A stretch of DNA of 20,000 bases from Vicugna vicugna (lineage: Eukaryota). This document shows, piece by piece, positions 19,973-20,000 of this stretch; position 1 is the stretch's first letter, and each line of letters begins with the position of its first letter. The notes under the pieces were generated by a model, which had not been told where the DNA came from, made no database searches, and saw only the letters and a program-made list of their open reading frames with translations. The stretch spans positions 2,908,161 to 2,928,160 of the forward strand of contig MU058009.1 of the NCBI GenBank assembly GCA_013265495.1, in the 5' to 3' direction. The translations under genes and the position numbers were made by a program.

Positions 19973-20000
19973 TGTGTGTGTCTGTGTGTGTGTGTGTGTG
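19973..20000. repeat. (TG)n microsatellite, truncated by the window end
   Basis: tgtgtgtgtctgtgtgtgtgtgtgtgtg with one interruption. Confidence 0.95.

Overview
Eutherian mammalian non-coding DNA; the species cannot be identified from the sequence. It starts in the CpG-rich tail of a probable promoter/CpG island (1-~520) with stress-response TF motifs. Two weak candidate + strand exons follow, then what looks like a long intron. About half the window is ancient transposon debris. The largest piece is an ~8 kb antisense LINE-1 complex (3091-11093): an L1MD-type element bounded by a recognisable target-site duplication, with an internally deleted L1MC1-type element nested in it. There is also a sense-strand L1 endonuclease fragment, several MIR and L2 relics, a MER5A with its TSD, and microsatellites. 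No protein-coding gene is supported; the supplied ORFs are chance ORFs or decayed L1 ORF1/ORF2. I found no evidence of a novel biological system. The most unusual signals are the rearrangements inside the L1 complex (a ~120 bp local templated insertion, a ~230 bp duplication around the nested element, near-complementary deletions) and a patch of strongly AT->GC/A->G-biased substitution. Repeat family names and consensus comparisons come from recalled consensus sequences, not a database search, and boundaries are approximate.
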